Source of the DNA: Candidatus Culexarchaeum nevadense
Lineage (GTDB): Archaea; Thermoproteota; Methanomethylicia; Culexarchaeales; Culexarchaeaceae
Direction of reading: 5' to 3'
DNA: 64,000 nucleotides
Assembly (NCBI GenBank): GCA_025060975.1
Contig: JANZKA010000002.1
Location: forward strand, 5,629 to 69,628
Part shown: piece after piece, positions 9,328 through 19,240 of the stretch
Numbering within the stretch: the first letter of the stretch is position 1
Layout: every line of letters starts with the position of its first letter
Translations under genes and position numbers: made by a program
Notes under the pieces: model-generated
What the model was told of the DNA's origin: nothing
Seen by the model: the letters and a program-made list of their open reading frames with translations, nothing else
Databases searched by the model: none

Positions 9328-10986
9328 TTACCTCACCCCAATTATTTCTCCTGTTTCTGGATCTAAATCTATGTTTTCAGCTGCAGGTTCACTGGGTAGT
9401 GCTGGTAGTGTACTTATCTCTCCACAGTATGCTACTAGGAATCCTGCTCCAGCAAATACTTTTACATCTGTTACAGTTATCTTGAATCCTCTTGGTCTTC
9501 CAAGGATTTTTGGGTTGTCTGTTAATGAGAGTGGTGTTTTTGCCATGTTTATTGGGAGATTTGAGTATCCCCATCTATTTATCCTCCTAATACTTGTCTT
9601 GGCTTCATCTGTGAATATTACATCGTCAGCTCCATACATTTCCCTAGCTATTATCCTTATCTTTTCTTCTATTGGTAGATTTAATTCGTATAGTGGTTTG
9701 AATTGAGATTTCTCTCTATTAATGGTTTCAAGTATTGTGTTTGCAAGTTCTATTCCACCCTCTCCTCCCTTAGCGTAGACTTCTGAAACTGCTACTGGCA
9801 CGTTTCTTGCTTTACACCAATCTATTACGTACTCTATTTCTTCAGTGGTGTCTCCCTCGAATTTGTTTATAGCTACAACTGCTGGAACTCCAAATTTCCT
9901 TACATTTTCCACGTGTTTTTCAAGGTTTTCCATCCCCTTCTTTACAGCTTCTAGATTTGGTTTTTCATGATCTTTTGCTCCTCCATGTTCTCTTAGAGCT
10001 CTTATGCTAACCACTATTACCCCTACATCTGGTTTTAAGCCTCCTATTCTGCATGGAATGTTGCAGAATTTTTCGAATCCTAAGTCTGAGCCGAATCCTG
10101 CTTCAACTATCACGTAGTCTGCAAGTTTTAATGCCATTTTTATGGATATTAAGCTTGGGGATCCATGTGCTACATTTGCGAATGGTATTCCATGGACGAA
10201 GGCTGGGGTTCCCTCCATGGTTTGAACTATATTTGGTTTTAATGAATCCCTCATTACTGCAGCCATGCATCCCACACATTTTATGTCACTTGCTTTAACG
10301 AGTTTTCCATCTTTACTTAATGCCACCAATATGTTTCCAAGTCTCTCCTTCAAATCCCCGTAATCGCATGCTAGTGCATGTATGGCTGCAGTTTCACATG
10401 CTGTTGTTATTTCAAATCCAGTTTCCCTAGGTATCCCCCCCTCCTTTCCACCTAATCCTATTACTATGTTTCTTAATGGTCTATCTTCCATGTCTTGTAC
10501 TCTTTTTATGAATATGTTGTGTATGTCTATTTGTGGCTCTTTCCCTCTATATATGTGGTTGTCTAGCATGGCATTCATTAGATGATGTGCTATTGTTATT
10601 GCATGTGTGTCTCCTGTGAAGTGTAGGTTTATTTCTTCCATGGGTAGTATTTGAGCTTTTCCTCCTCCAGTAGCTCCCCCCTTTATCCCAAAGGTTACAC
10701 CCATGGATGGCTGTCTAACGACTACTATGTTCTTTAAGTTTAATCTCCACATTGCTTCTGAGAGGCCTATGGCTGTTGTGGTTTTCCCTTCACCTGCTTT
10801 TGTGGGTGTTATTGCAGTTATCACTATTAATTTTCCATCAGGATTCTCTTTAACCCTATTATATACTGTTAACTTTACTTTGGCTTTATAGTCTCCATAT
10901 AGCTCGAGGTCTTCCCTTGTAAGCCCTATTTTTGCTGCAACTTCAGTTATGGGTTTTAGGGGTGTTTTCACCTGCACATTTTTCAC
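9328..10986 (-). CDS. fhs: formate--tetrahydrofolate ligase
   Basis: TPTKAGEGKTTT, FGIKGGATGGG, NLHFTGD, PFANVAHG, EAGFGSDLGFEKF. Confidence 0.95.
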   Translation of the reverse strand: MKNVQVKTPLKPITEVAAKIGLTREDLELYGDYKAKVKLTVYNRVKENPDGKLIVITAITPTKAGEGKTTTAIGLSEAMWRLNLKNIVVVRQPSMGVTFGIKGGATGGGKAQILPMEEINLHFTGDTHAITIAHHLMNAMLDNHIYRGKEPQIDIHNIFIKRVQDMEDRPLRNIVIGLGGKEGGIPRETGFEITTACETAAIHALACDYGDLKERLGNILVALSKDGKLVKASDIKCVGCMAAVMRDSLKPNIVQTMEGTPAFVHGIPFANVAHGSPSLISIKMALKLADYVIVEAGFGSDLGFEKFCNIPCRIGGLKPDVGVIVVSIRALREHGGAKDHEKPNLEAVKKGMENLEKHVENVRKFGVPAVVAINKFEGDTTEEIEYVIDWCKARNVPVAVSEVYAKGGEGGIELANTILETINREKSQFKPLYELNLPIEEKIRIIAREMYGADDVIFTDEAKTSIRRINRWGYSNLPINMAKTPLSLTDNPKILGRPRGFKITVTDVKVFAGAGFLVAYCGEISTLPALPSEPAAENIDLDPETGEIIGVR

Positions 10987-11024
10987 CTATCTCGAATTTT
11001 TGTAATATTCTACTTTGGATTAGG

Positions 11025-11032
11025 TATATAAA
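11025..11032. promoter_or_regulatory. central, possibly bidirectional, TATA box between fhs and mtd
   Basis: TATATAAA on + and TTTATATA on -. It is the clearest TATA-like element in the 76-bp spacer, about 30 nt from the mtd ATG and about 39 nt from the fhs GTG. Confidence 0.55.
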
Positions 11033-11062
11033 CTTGGAGGTTTACTTTCTAAGGGTGTCCAT

Positions 11063-11920
11063 ATGGGTTTTACTGGGAAGGTTAGGGTTGCCATAGTGAA
11101 GTATGGTTGTATAGGTAGTTCTCCATTAATTGAGATAATGCTGGATGAGAGAGCTAATAGGGAGGATATAGTTACAAGGGTTTTCTCTACTGCTGGTAAA
11201 ATGGAGGTTGATGATTGTTTATCTGTTAATGGGGATGTCGTATCTTTTAATCCACATTTGATTGTTATTGTAACTCCAAATGCAGCTTTGGAGGGGCCTA
11301 CTAAGGGTAGAATGGATTTGAAGGAGAAACTTCCAAATGTTCCAATAATAGTTATTTCTGATGATCCTGCTAGGAAGGCTATCAAGGATATGGAGGAGTC
11401 GGGTTTTGGTTACATTATTGTTAAAGCTGATCCCATGATTGGTGCTAGGAGAGATTTCCTCGATTCTACTGAGATGGTTTTATTCAATGGGTATTTGATG
11501 ATAGTTTTATCGGCAACTGGTGTTGTGAGAATGCTTGTTTCAGAGATTGATAAGGTTATTGATGCCATTAAGAGTGGTGGTGAGGTTAAGCTTCCAAGAA
11601 TTGTTGGTGAAGCATTGTTTGTTGTTGAGAATTATGGTGGCTTCACTAATCCATATGCTAAGGCTAAAGCCATTGCCAGCTATGAAGCTGCAGCTAGAGT
11701 TGCAGCATTATCTACTGCTGGTTGTTACACTCTTAAGGAGAGGGAACAATATCTTCCAATGGTTGCCGCTGCACATGAGCTTATGAGGATTGCTGCCATA
11801 CTGGCTGATGAAGCTAGGGAGATTGAGAAGTATGGCGACACGGTTTATAGGACTCCACATATTTCTAGTGGTGAAGTTAGGTTTAAGGTTAAATTGATGG
11901 AGGAAGCTAAGAAGAGGTAG
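11063..11920 (+). CDS. mtd: F420-dependent methylene-H4MPT dehydrogenase
   Basis: VAIVKYGCIGSS..LDERANREDI, TPNAALEGP, ISDDP, GYIIVKADPMIGARRDFLD, PYAKAKA, AAHELMR, YRTPH. Confidence 0.93.
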   Translation: MGFTGKVRVAIVKYGCIGSSPLIEIMLDERANREDIVTRVFSTAGKMEVDDCLSVNGDVVSFNPHLIVIVTPNAALEGPTKGRMDLKEKLPNVPIIVISDDPARKAIKDMEESGFGYIIVKADPMIGARRDFLDSTEMVLFNGYLMIVLSATGVVRMLVSEIDKVIDAIKSGGEVKLPRIVGEALFVVENYGGFTNPYAKAKAIASYEAAARVAALSTAGCYTLKEREQYLPMVAAAHELMRIAAILADEAREIEKYGDTVYRTPHISSGEVRFKVKLMEEAKKR

Positions 11921-11927
11921 CAACAAG

Positions 11928-11954
11928 TTTTTTACTTACCATATACACTTTTTT
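11928..11954 (+). terminator. oligo-T terminator after mtd
   Basis: Two T6 tracts (11928-11933 and 11949-11954) just after the mtd stop. Confidence 0.4.
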
Positions 11955-11998
11955 ATTTAATTAATAAGGACTTTTGGATGATAGTTTAGGGGTGTGTA

Positions 11999-13708
11999 TT
12001 GGTGGGCAGATGGGTTGTATGTGCAGCTTGGCCTTATGTTAATGCATTCCCCCATCTTGGGACTATGGTTGCATGTATAGTTTCCCCAGATGTCTTTGCA
12101 AGATATCTTAGGGCTAAGGGTGAGGATGTGGTCTTTGTTAGTGGTTCTGATGAGCATGGCACGCCCATTGAGGTTGAAGCTAGGAAGCTTGGAATTCATC
12201 CTAAGAAACTTACAGATCAACTTCATGATTATGTTGTTAAATTGTATGAGAAGCTTGGGGTTAGCTACGATAATTACACTAGAACTGAGAATGAGATACA
12301 CATTAATTTTGTGCAGAACTTCTTCATGAAACTCTATGAGAATGGATACATATATGAGAAGGAGGTTTCACTCCCCTTCTGTCCGAATTGCAACATATTC
12401 TTGCCAGATAGGTTTATTGAGGGTGTATGTCCACATTGTGGTGAACCTAGAGCTAGGGGGGATCAGTGTCCCACATGTAATAGGGTACTAGACCCACTGG
12501 ATCTCATAGATCCACATTGTGTCTTCTGTGGCTCCAAACCAATTACTAAAACTACAAAGCATTGGTTCTTCGATCTCCCAAAACTTTCTGATAAACTTAT
12601 AGATTTCGTTATGAATCATAAGTTATTCTCTGATAGTGTAAAGAATTATTGTAAGATGTGGTTTAGGGAGGGGTTAAAAGCTAGATCTGTAACTAGGGAT
12701 AATTCTTGGGGTATACCTGCACCGTTTCCAGGAGCTTCTGGGAAAACTATATATGTTTGGTTTGAAGCTTTGCTAGGATATCTTTCAGCCACTAAGGAGT
12801 ACTTCCATAAGAAGGGGTGTGAGGATATGTGGCTTAAATACTGGGTTGATGGTGATTCTAAAACTGTCTTCTTTATTGGGAAGGATAACATTCCATTTCA
12901 TGCGATAATACTTCCAGCAATGCTCATGGCTTCTGGTGAAAGGTATGTTTTACCATGGCAGATTTCCTCTGTGGAATTCTTGATGTTTGAAGGTCAAACT
13001 TTCAGTAAGAGTAGGGGGGTTGGAGTTTGGATTGATGAGGCTCTTGAGATAGCTCCTGCAGATTACTGGAGGTTTGCATTGATTTTGATGAGACCTGAAA
13101 CTAGAGATTTAAACTTCACTTGGGATTCATTTTATAGGATTGTGAATTCAGAGTTGAATGATAATCTTGGAAACTTCATTCATAGGACTCTAAGCTTCAT
13201 ATACAGTAGGTTTGATGCGAAGATTCCAAAAGTTTACGATTTAGATGATAATGATAGGTCTATGCTATGGAAGTTAAGTTTCGCACCGAAGAATGTTGGG
13301 TCGTTGATCGAGAATCTTAAATTGAAATCTGCAGCTGAAGCTTTACTTGAATTTTCTTCAGCTGGGAATCAGTATTTGAATGATAAGGCTCCTTGGAAAA
13401 CTATTAAGGAGAATTACAGGTCTGCATCTACAACCATGTGGGTTGCTGCAAACGTTGTTAAGTCGCTTGCAATAATAATGGCTCCATTCATGCCGCATTC
13501 TGCTGAGAAGGTTTGGGGATACTTGAATCTAGGTGGTTCTGTTCACAATGTAAGTTGGGATGAAGCTTCAAAGGCCAATTTAAGGGAGGGGCACGTCATA
13601 AATAAACCTGAACCAATATTCCAAAAGCTTCCAGAGGATTTCGTTAAAACTATAGGTGAAAAGTTAAGGGAAATTCGACTTAAACTTAAAAGGCCTGAGT
13701 TAGCTTAA
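11999..13708 (+). CDS. metG: methionine--tRNA ligase (no C-terminal tRNA-binding OB domain)
   Basis: AWPYVN..PHLGT, GSDEHGTPI, Zn knuckles, YVWFEA, GKDNIPFH, FSKS. Confidence 0.95.
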   Translation: MVGRWVVCAAWPYVNAFPHLGTMVACIVSPDVFARYLRAKGEDVVFVSGSDEHGTPIEVEARKLGIHPKKLTDQLHDYVVKLYEKLGVSYDNYTRTENEIHINFVQNFFMKLYENGYIYEKEVSLPFCPNCNIFLPDRFIEGVCPHCGEPRARGDQCPTCNRVLDPLDLIDPHCVFCGSKPITKTTKHWFFDLPKLSDKLIDFVMNHKLFSDSVKNYCKMWFREGLKARSVTRDNSWGIPAPFPGASGKTIYVWFEALLGYLSATKEYFHKKGCEDMWLKYWVDGDSKTVFFIGKDNIPFHAIILPAMLMASGERYVLPWQISSVEFLMFEGQTFSKSRGVGVWIDEALEIAPADYWRFALILMRPETRDLNFTWDSFYRIVNSELNDNLGNFIHRTLSFIYSRFDAKIPKVYDLDDNDRSMLWKLSFAPKNVGSLIENLKLKSAAEALLEFSSAGNQYLNDKAPWKTIKENYRSASTTMWVAANVVKSLAIIMAPFMPHSAEKVWGYLNLGGSVHNVSWDEASKANLREGHVINKPEPIFQKLPEDFVKTIGEKLREIRLKLKRPELA

Positions 13709-13716
13709 ATTTTGGA

Positions 13717-14814
13717 GTGGAGTTGTTGAATTCACATAATATTCTTAGGGATAAGAGTTTAGCTTTGAAGGTGGCTAAGTACATAAATGAACGTTGTAGT
13801 AGGGATAAGTACACTATCATGCATGTGTGTGGTACACATGAATATACAATTACACATTTTGGTATAAGGTCGCTTATACCGAAGGTTGATTTGAGAGCTG
13901 GACCTGGATGCCCAGTTTGTGTTGCTTCACCAGTTAACATTGATTTGGCGGTTAAACTATCTCTTATGGATAATGTTTTGGTGACAACGTTTGGAGACAT
14001 GTTTAAGGTTAGGGGATCAAAGTTTTCTCTCATGGATTCTAAGGGTATGGGTGGAAGGGTTTCCATAGTTTATAGTATACATGATGCTGTGGAGTTAGCT
14101 AGGAGGAATCCGGATTTGGAGGTTGTGCATTTCGCCATAGGATTTGAGACTACTGCCCCATCAACAGCAGCCATGATATTGTCAAACCCCCCAGAGAATT
14201 TTTCAATAATTCCAACACATCTGCTAATACCTCCAGCAATGTTACACTTATTAAATTTAGGTGAAGTTAGGATTGATGGTTTCATATGTCCAGGGCATGT
14301 TTCAACGATAATTGGTGTTAAACCCTATTTGGGTATAGCATGTTCTAAGAGAGTTCCAATGGTTATAGCTGGGTTTGAGCCTTTGGATGTGCTTATAGGG
14401 GTTGCCATGCTTATAGACATGATTAATAATGGTGAATGTACTGTTAAGAATGAGTATACCCGTGCAGTTAGATTTGAGGGGAATGTTAAGGCTCTTGAAT
14501 TTATGGATAAAGTCTTCAAGGTTTCAGATGCATATTGGCGTGGTATAGGGTTCATACCAAATTCTGGATTGGAATTGAGAGATGAATTTTCAATGTTTGA
14601 TGCTAGAGTTAAGTTTGATGTGAATGTTGAAGCCGACTATAATATGCCTCCTGGATGTAGATGTGGTGATGTTCTTAGGGGGCTGATAATGCCTTGGGAA
14701 TGTCCACTTTTCGCTAAAGTTTGCACCCCTGAGAATCCTGTGGGTCCTTGTATGGTTTCTTTTGAAGGTTCATGTTCCATAGCCTATAAGTATGGTGGAT
14801 TCACTTTCCACTAG
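13717..14814 (+). CDS. hypD: hydrogenase maturation protein HypD
   Basis: MHVCGTHE, GPGCPVC, GFETTAP, PGHVS, CRC, C-terminal CPLF..C..GPCMVS.EGSC. Confidence 0.96.
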   Translation: MELLNSHNILRDKSLALKVAKYINERCSRDKYTIMHVCGTHEYTITHFGIRSLIPKVDLRAGPGCPVCVASPVNIDLAVKLSLMDNVLVTTFGDMFKVRGSKFSLMDSKGMGGRVSIVYSIHDAVELARRNPDLEVVHFAIGFETTAPSTAAMILSNPPENFSIIPTHLLIPPAMLHLLNLGEVRIDGFICPGHVSTIIGVKPYLGIACSKRVPMVIAGFEPLDVLIGVAMLIDMINNGECTVKNEYTRAVRFEGNVKALEFMDKVFKVSDAYWRGIGFIPNSGLELRDEFSMFDARVKFDVNVEADYNMPPGCRCGDVLRGLIMPWECPLFAKVCTPENPVGPCMVSFEGSCSIAYKYGGFTFH

Positions 14815-14921
14815 ATTATGAGTTTATTGAGCTTTAGGTAAGCTTGCAAAACATTTATATTCAACTTTAAACTATCTACTATAATCTTTAATTCGAATTT
14901 CAGTCTCAATGTAGGAAGGGA

Positions 14922-16751
14922 TTGAAGATGAAGAGGGATACTGAGAAATATGTTTCGATTAAAACTTTTGCTAGGTTAATTCCGTATATAAGGCGGTATT
15001 GGAAGGCATTTTCCGTATCTGTGATTTCAATGTTTCTAGGTTCTCAATTAACTACGATAGCTCCATCATTTATGCGTAGTGCTATTGATAATGGAGTTAT
15101 TAAGGGGGATTTTCAAATAGTCCTCTCATATGTAGTTTTGATAATAATTGTAGGTTTACTTTCCAGCGTGACATCTTTCTTTGAACGATACTACACTACT
15201 CTCTTTTCACAGAAGGTGGCTTTAGATTTCAGGAATGATGTTTTTAGAGCTGTTCAAAGACAGTCATTCTCTTTCTTCGATGAGGTTCCCATAGGGCAAC
15301 TTGTCTCCAGAATTACTGATGATGTTGAAAGAGTTGCTAGATTCCTATCATTCCCCTTGAGAAATCTCATTTCCACAGCCTTCTTGGCATCATTAGCTAT
15401 TGGATATATGTGGAGTATGAATCCGAAATTGTCAGCGATCGTTGGGTTGTATATGCTTGGGATAATGTTGATTAGCATTCGATATAACATGATCGTTAGG
15501 CCATTGAATATGGAGGCGAGAAATCAGCTTGGGATTTTAACGGCAATAACTGATAATAATATTACTGGATTTAGAACTGTGAAATCTCTGTCTGTTGAGA
15601 AAAATAGGCTTAATGCCTTCAATGTTGAAAATGAAAAGCTTTTTTCATTGTATATCCGTATAGCTAAGGTGGAGGCTCTTTATGGTAGATTGGGGCTTTT
15701 ACTGCTGATTTTAGCTAATATCACAGTGCTTTATGTGGGTGGTTTAGATATAATTAATGGTTCTTTCACTGTTGGAGGTTTAGCTGCATTTAATGCTTAT
15801 ACCCTCCTATTGATGAGGCCAGTATCGTTTATCGGATTTTTCATTGGAATGTTTTCCATAGCTATGACTTCAGCTAAACGTTTATTTGATATAATTGATA
15901 GAGTTCCAGAGGTTTATGAGAAGCCTAATGCCATTGAACTTCCACCAATTAAGGGTGAAGTTGTATTTGAAAATGTGTGGTTTGGTTACGTTAAGGATAA
16001 ACCTGTTTTGAAGGGTGTGAATTTACATGTTAAACCTGGTGAGAAGGTTGCAATTATTGGTAGAACTGGTTCGGGTAAGAGTACGTTGATAAGTTTAATT
16101 CCAAGATTCTATGATGTTACTGAAGGAAGCATTAAAATTGATGGTTATGATGTTAGAGATGTGAAGTTGAAATCTCTGAGGAGACAGGTGGCTATAGTAT
16201 CACAAGAGCCATTCGTATTTGCTGGCTCATTTAAGGATAACATAGCATTGGCAAAGCCTGAAGCTTCTATGGATGAAATTGTTAAGGCGGCAAAAATTGC
16301 TAAGTTACATGATTTCATAGCATCTCTACCCAATGGTTATGATAGTTTGATTGGTGAGAGGGGGATAACTCTCTCTGGTGGACAGAAGCAGAGGTTGACG
16401 ATAGCTAGAGCTCTAGTGGCTGGTGCAAAGATAATAATCTTGGATGACCCAACATCGAATCTTGATGCTAAAACTGAGAGGGAATTTATCGATGATATTA
16501 AGGGTATACTTAAAGATCATACTGTCTTTATAGTTACGCAGAGACTTCCATTGATGATGATAGCTGATAGGATTATTGTTTTAGATGATGGTAGAGTTGT
16601 TGAAGAGGGGACTCATGATGAGCTAATGTCAAAACGTGGATTATACTATAGCATATACGTTGAGCTTTATGCGAAGCAGAAAGCTGAATTGGAGAAGCTT
16701 TTAGGTGAAGTTGAAGCTGAAGTTGTTGGAAGTAAGGATGGTGGTGTGTGA
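14922..16751 (+). CDS. heterodimeric ABC exporter subunit (TM287-like, degenerate catalytic residues)
   Basis: TMD plus NBD. GRTGSGKS, LSGGQKQ, Walker B ILDDP (E>D), switch TQR (H>Q). Confidence 0.92.
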   Translation: MKMKRDTEKYVSIKTFARLIPYIRRYWKAFSVSVISMFLGSQLTTIAPSFMRSAIDNGVIKGDFQIVLSYVVLIIIVGLLSSVTSFFERYYTTLFSQKVALDFRNDVFRAVQRQSFSFFDEVPIGQLVSRITDDVERVARFLSFPLRNLISTAFLASLAIGYMWSMNPKLSAIVGLYMLGIMLISIRYNMIVRPLNMEARNQLGILTAITDNNITGFRTVKSLSVEKNRLNAFNVENEKLFSLYIRIAKVEALYGRLGLLLLILANITVLYVGGLDIINGSFTVGGLAAFNAYTLLLMRPVSFIGFFIGMFSIAMTSAKRLFDIIDRVPEVYEKPNAIELPPIKGEVVFENVWFGYVKDKPVLKGVNLHVKPGEKVAIIGRTGSGKSTLISLIPRFYDVTEGSIKIDGYDVRDVKLKSLRRQVAIVSQEPFVFAGSFKDNIALAKPEASMDEIVKAAKIAKLHDFIASLPNGYDSLIGERGITLSGGQKQRLTIARALVAGAKIIILDDPTSNLDAKTEREFIDDIKGILKDHTVFIVTQRLPLMMIADRIIVLDDGRVVEEGTHDELMSKRGLYYSIYVELYAKQKAELEKLLGEVEAEVVGSKDGGV

Positions 16752-18589
16752 TGGGGTTCGGCGGTCCTCATGGTATGTGGAGGTATGGCGGTGGGAAGAC
16801 TGAAACTCCTGCTAGCATACTTTTAAGGAAACTGCTTAAACATATGTTTCCATACAAGTTTGCAATGTTTGTGATAATTACATGTATAATTGTGTCTTCC
16901 GTTACAAATCTCTTTTCACCCTATCTTTTGGGTTTAGCCATTGATAATTACATAATGGTTGGAGATATGAATGGTCTATTAAGGATTTCAGCTTTATACT
17001 TCTTAGCTATGGTTGGTAATTGGGTTGCAATGGCAGTTCAGGGATATGCTGTATCATGGATTGGTCAGAGGTTAATTTATGATCTGAGGAATAAGCTTAT
17101 GGAGAAGATAATGTTTCAATCGTTCAAATACCATGATTATAAGAGGGCTGGAGACTTAATATCCACAGTTATAAATGATACTTCGATATTAAGGGAATCA
17201 TTTATTTCAGGAATATTCCATATCGTTAGTGATGTATTCTCATTGATTGGTGTCATCATTGCCATGTACCTATTAAATGTCCCATTAACCTTGGTAACAC
17301 TATTAACATTACCTGTAATGCTGTTGATAGCATATGTTTTCAGCCGTAAGTTTAGACAGGCTTATCGTAGAACTAGGGAGAAGATAGCTGAAGTAACTGT
17401 TAGGGTTCAGGAAAGTATTTCCGGTATTAGGGTTATTCAAGCTTTCGGTAGGGAGGAGGATTCTCAAGCCAGATTTCAGATGAGTGCTACTGAGCAGTTT
17501 GAAGCTCAACTTCAAGCTGGAAAGCTGATGGCAATATTCTGGCCTACAGTAAGCTTCATTGGTAATATTGGCACCATTGTAGTGTTATTGTATGGTGGTT
17601 TTCTAAGTGCTCAGGGTAGGCTTGAGGTTGGTGTGCTTGTAGCATTCTTAGCTTATGTGACTAGATTTATGAATCCAATAATGCAATTAACCAACTTCTA
17701 CGATATGCTACAAGCTGCATTAGCTGCTTCAGACAGAATATTTAATGTTTTAGAAAGTGAGGTGGATGTTAAAGATGCTCCTGATGCCATTGAGCTTCCA
17801 AGGGTTAAGGGGGATATTAAGTATGAGAATGTGTGGTTTGAGTATGTTAAGGGGATTCCTGTACTTAAGAATATTAATCTTCACATTAAACCTGGTGAGA
17901 AGATTGCTATAGTTGGACCCACAGGTTCTGGTAAGACCACCTTGGTGTATCTGCTTGCCAGATTCTATGATGTTACGAGTGGTTCGATAAGTATTGATGG
18001 TATTGATATTAGGAAGGTTAAGCAGGAGTCTCTTAGGAAGCAGATAGCCTTCGTCCCCCAAGACACATTTCTATTCAGAGGGACTATAATGGATAATATT
18101 AGGATTGGTAAGCCTGATGCTACTGATGATGAGGTTATTGATGTTTGTAAGAGGCTTGGAATTCATGAGTTCATTATGAGACTTCCAAAAGGATATGATA
18201 CTGATGCTGGTGAGGCTGGTAGGAAACTATCTACTGGGGAGAGGCAATTGATATCCTTTGCTAGAGCAATGCTTAAGGATCCCCCGATACTAGTTTTAGA
18301 TGAAGCTTTAAGTGCTGTTGACCCGAAGACTGAGTACATGATTAAGTATGCTATAAGGAAGCTCCTTGAAAATAGGACTGCAATAATAATTGCCCATAGA
18401 TTGACGTTGGCTAGGGATTGGGATAGGATAATAGTATTGCATAATGGTGTAATTGAGGAGGAGGGTACACATGAAGAGCTTATGCGTAGACAGGGATTCT
18501 ACTACAAACTGTACACTACACAGATTAGTGAGGAAATTGTTGTTGAGGCTGTGGGTAGAGATGGTGCTGGCCGTAATAGTAGTAGCTAA
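16748..18589 (+). CDS. heterodimeric ABC exporter subunit (TM288-like)
   Basis: TMD plus NBD. GPTGSGKT, degenerate signature LSTGERQ, intact LDEA and AHR. 4-bp overlap with its partner. Confidence 0.92.
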   Translation: MMGFGGPHGMWRYGGGKTETPASILLRKLLKHMFPYKFAMFVIITCIIVSSVTNLFSPYLLGLAIDNYIMVGDMNGLLRISALYFLAMVGNWVAMAVQGYAVSWIGQRLIYDLRNKLMEKIMFQSFKYHDYKRAGDLISTVINDTSILRESFISGIFHIVSDVFSLIGVIIAMYLLNVPLTLVTLLTLPVMLLIAYVFSRKFRQAYRRTREKIAEVTVRVQESISGIRVIQAFGREEDSQARFQMSATEQFEAQLQAGKLMAIFWPTVSFIGNIGTIVVLLYGGFLSAQGRLEVGVLVAFLAYVTRFMNPIMQLTNFYDMLQAALAASDRIFNVLESEVDVKDAPDAIELPRVKGDIKYENVWFEYVKGIPVLKNINLHIKPGEKIAIVGPTGSGKTTLVYLLARFYDVTSGSISIDGIDIRKVKQESLRKQIAFVPQDTFLFRGTIMDNIRIGKPDATDDEVIDVCKRLGIHEFIMRLPKGYDTDAGEAGRKLSTGERQLISFARAMLKDPPILVLDEALSAVDPKTEYMIKYAIRKLLENRTAIIIAHRLTLARDWDRIIVLHNGVIEEEGTHEELMRRQGFYYKLYTTQISEEIVVEAVGRDGAGRNSSS

Positions 18590-18639
18590 AAAACTATTTA
18601 TCCAACTATTCCAATAACATATTAATTGGTGATATTATC

Positions 18640-19182
18640 ATGTCTGGTAGGAGGAGATGGGAAGACCCCTTTGACAGATGGTTTAGAGAGTTCTTCGAGG
18701 AAATTACTAGGAGATTTTCCATACCCACACCATATGAGCTCTTCGATCAAATTGAACGTGAATTTGAGGATTTAGAGAAGAGGGGGATTAGAGGGCCATT
18801 CATATATGGATTCTCGATAAGTATAGGTCCTGATGGCAAGCCCACGATCAAGGAGTTTGGTAATGTGAAGAAGTTTTACGGTAAACCAACAATTGAAGAG
18901 GAAAGAGAGCCTTTAGCAGATGTTTATGAAGATGAGAACACTATAACAGTAATCGTGGAAATGCCTGGAGTTAATAAGGAGGATATAAGGATTAGAATTG
19001 ATGGTGATAGACTTATTGTGAGTGCTCAAACTGGAGATAGAAAGTATTATAAGGAAATAACATTGCCTGCTAAAGTTAGGAAGGAAAGTGCTAAAGCAAG
19101 TTATAAGAATGGGATTCTAGAGCTGAAATTGGAGAAGGAGAAGGGTAGAAGGGAAGAGGGATACGAAATAAAGATTGAATGA
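18640..19182 (+). CDS. hsp20: small heat shock protein (Hsp20/alpha-crystallin)
   Basis: PFIYGFSISIGPDGKP, EPLADVYE, EMPGVNKEDI, ASYKNGILE. Confidence 0.93.
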   Translation: MSGRRRWEDPFDRWFREFFEEITRRFSIPTPYELFDQIEREFEDLEKRGIRGPFIYGFSISIGPDGKPTIKEFGNVKKFYGKPTIEEEREPLADVYEDENTITVIVEMPGVNKEDIRIRIDGDRLIVSAQTGDRKYYKEITLPAKVRKESAKASYKNGILELKLEKEKGRREEGYEIKIE

Positions 19183-19240
19183 ACTAAACTGTTAACCTTA
19201 ACTGATCACTTCAATGGTACCCTTTTATTCGTAGCTCCTT

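Noticed and set aside
11999..13708. MetRS with HLGT/FSKS variants and no C-terminal OB domain
   Set aside because: Within known variation for short archaeal MetRS.
14922..18589. Degenerate Walker B, switch and signature motifs in the ABC pair, and repeated DNA between the two NBDs
   Set aside because: This is the normal asymmetric TM287/TM288 architecture, and the similarity is paralogy rather than a repeat element.
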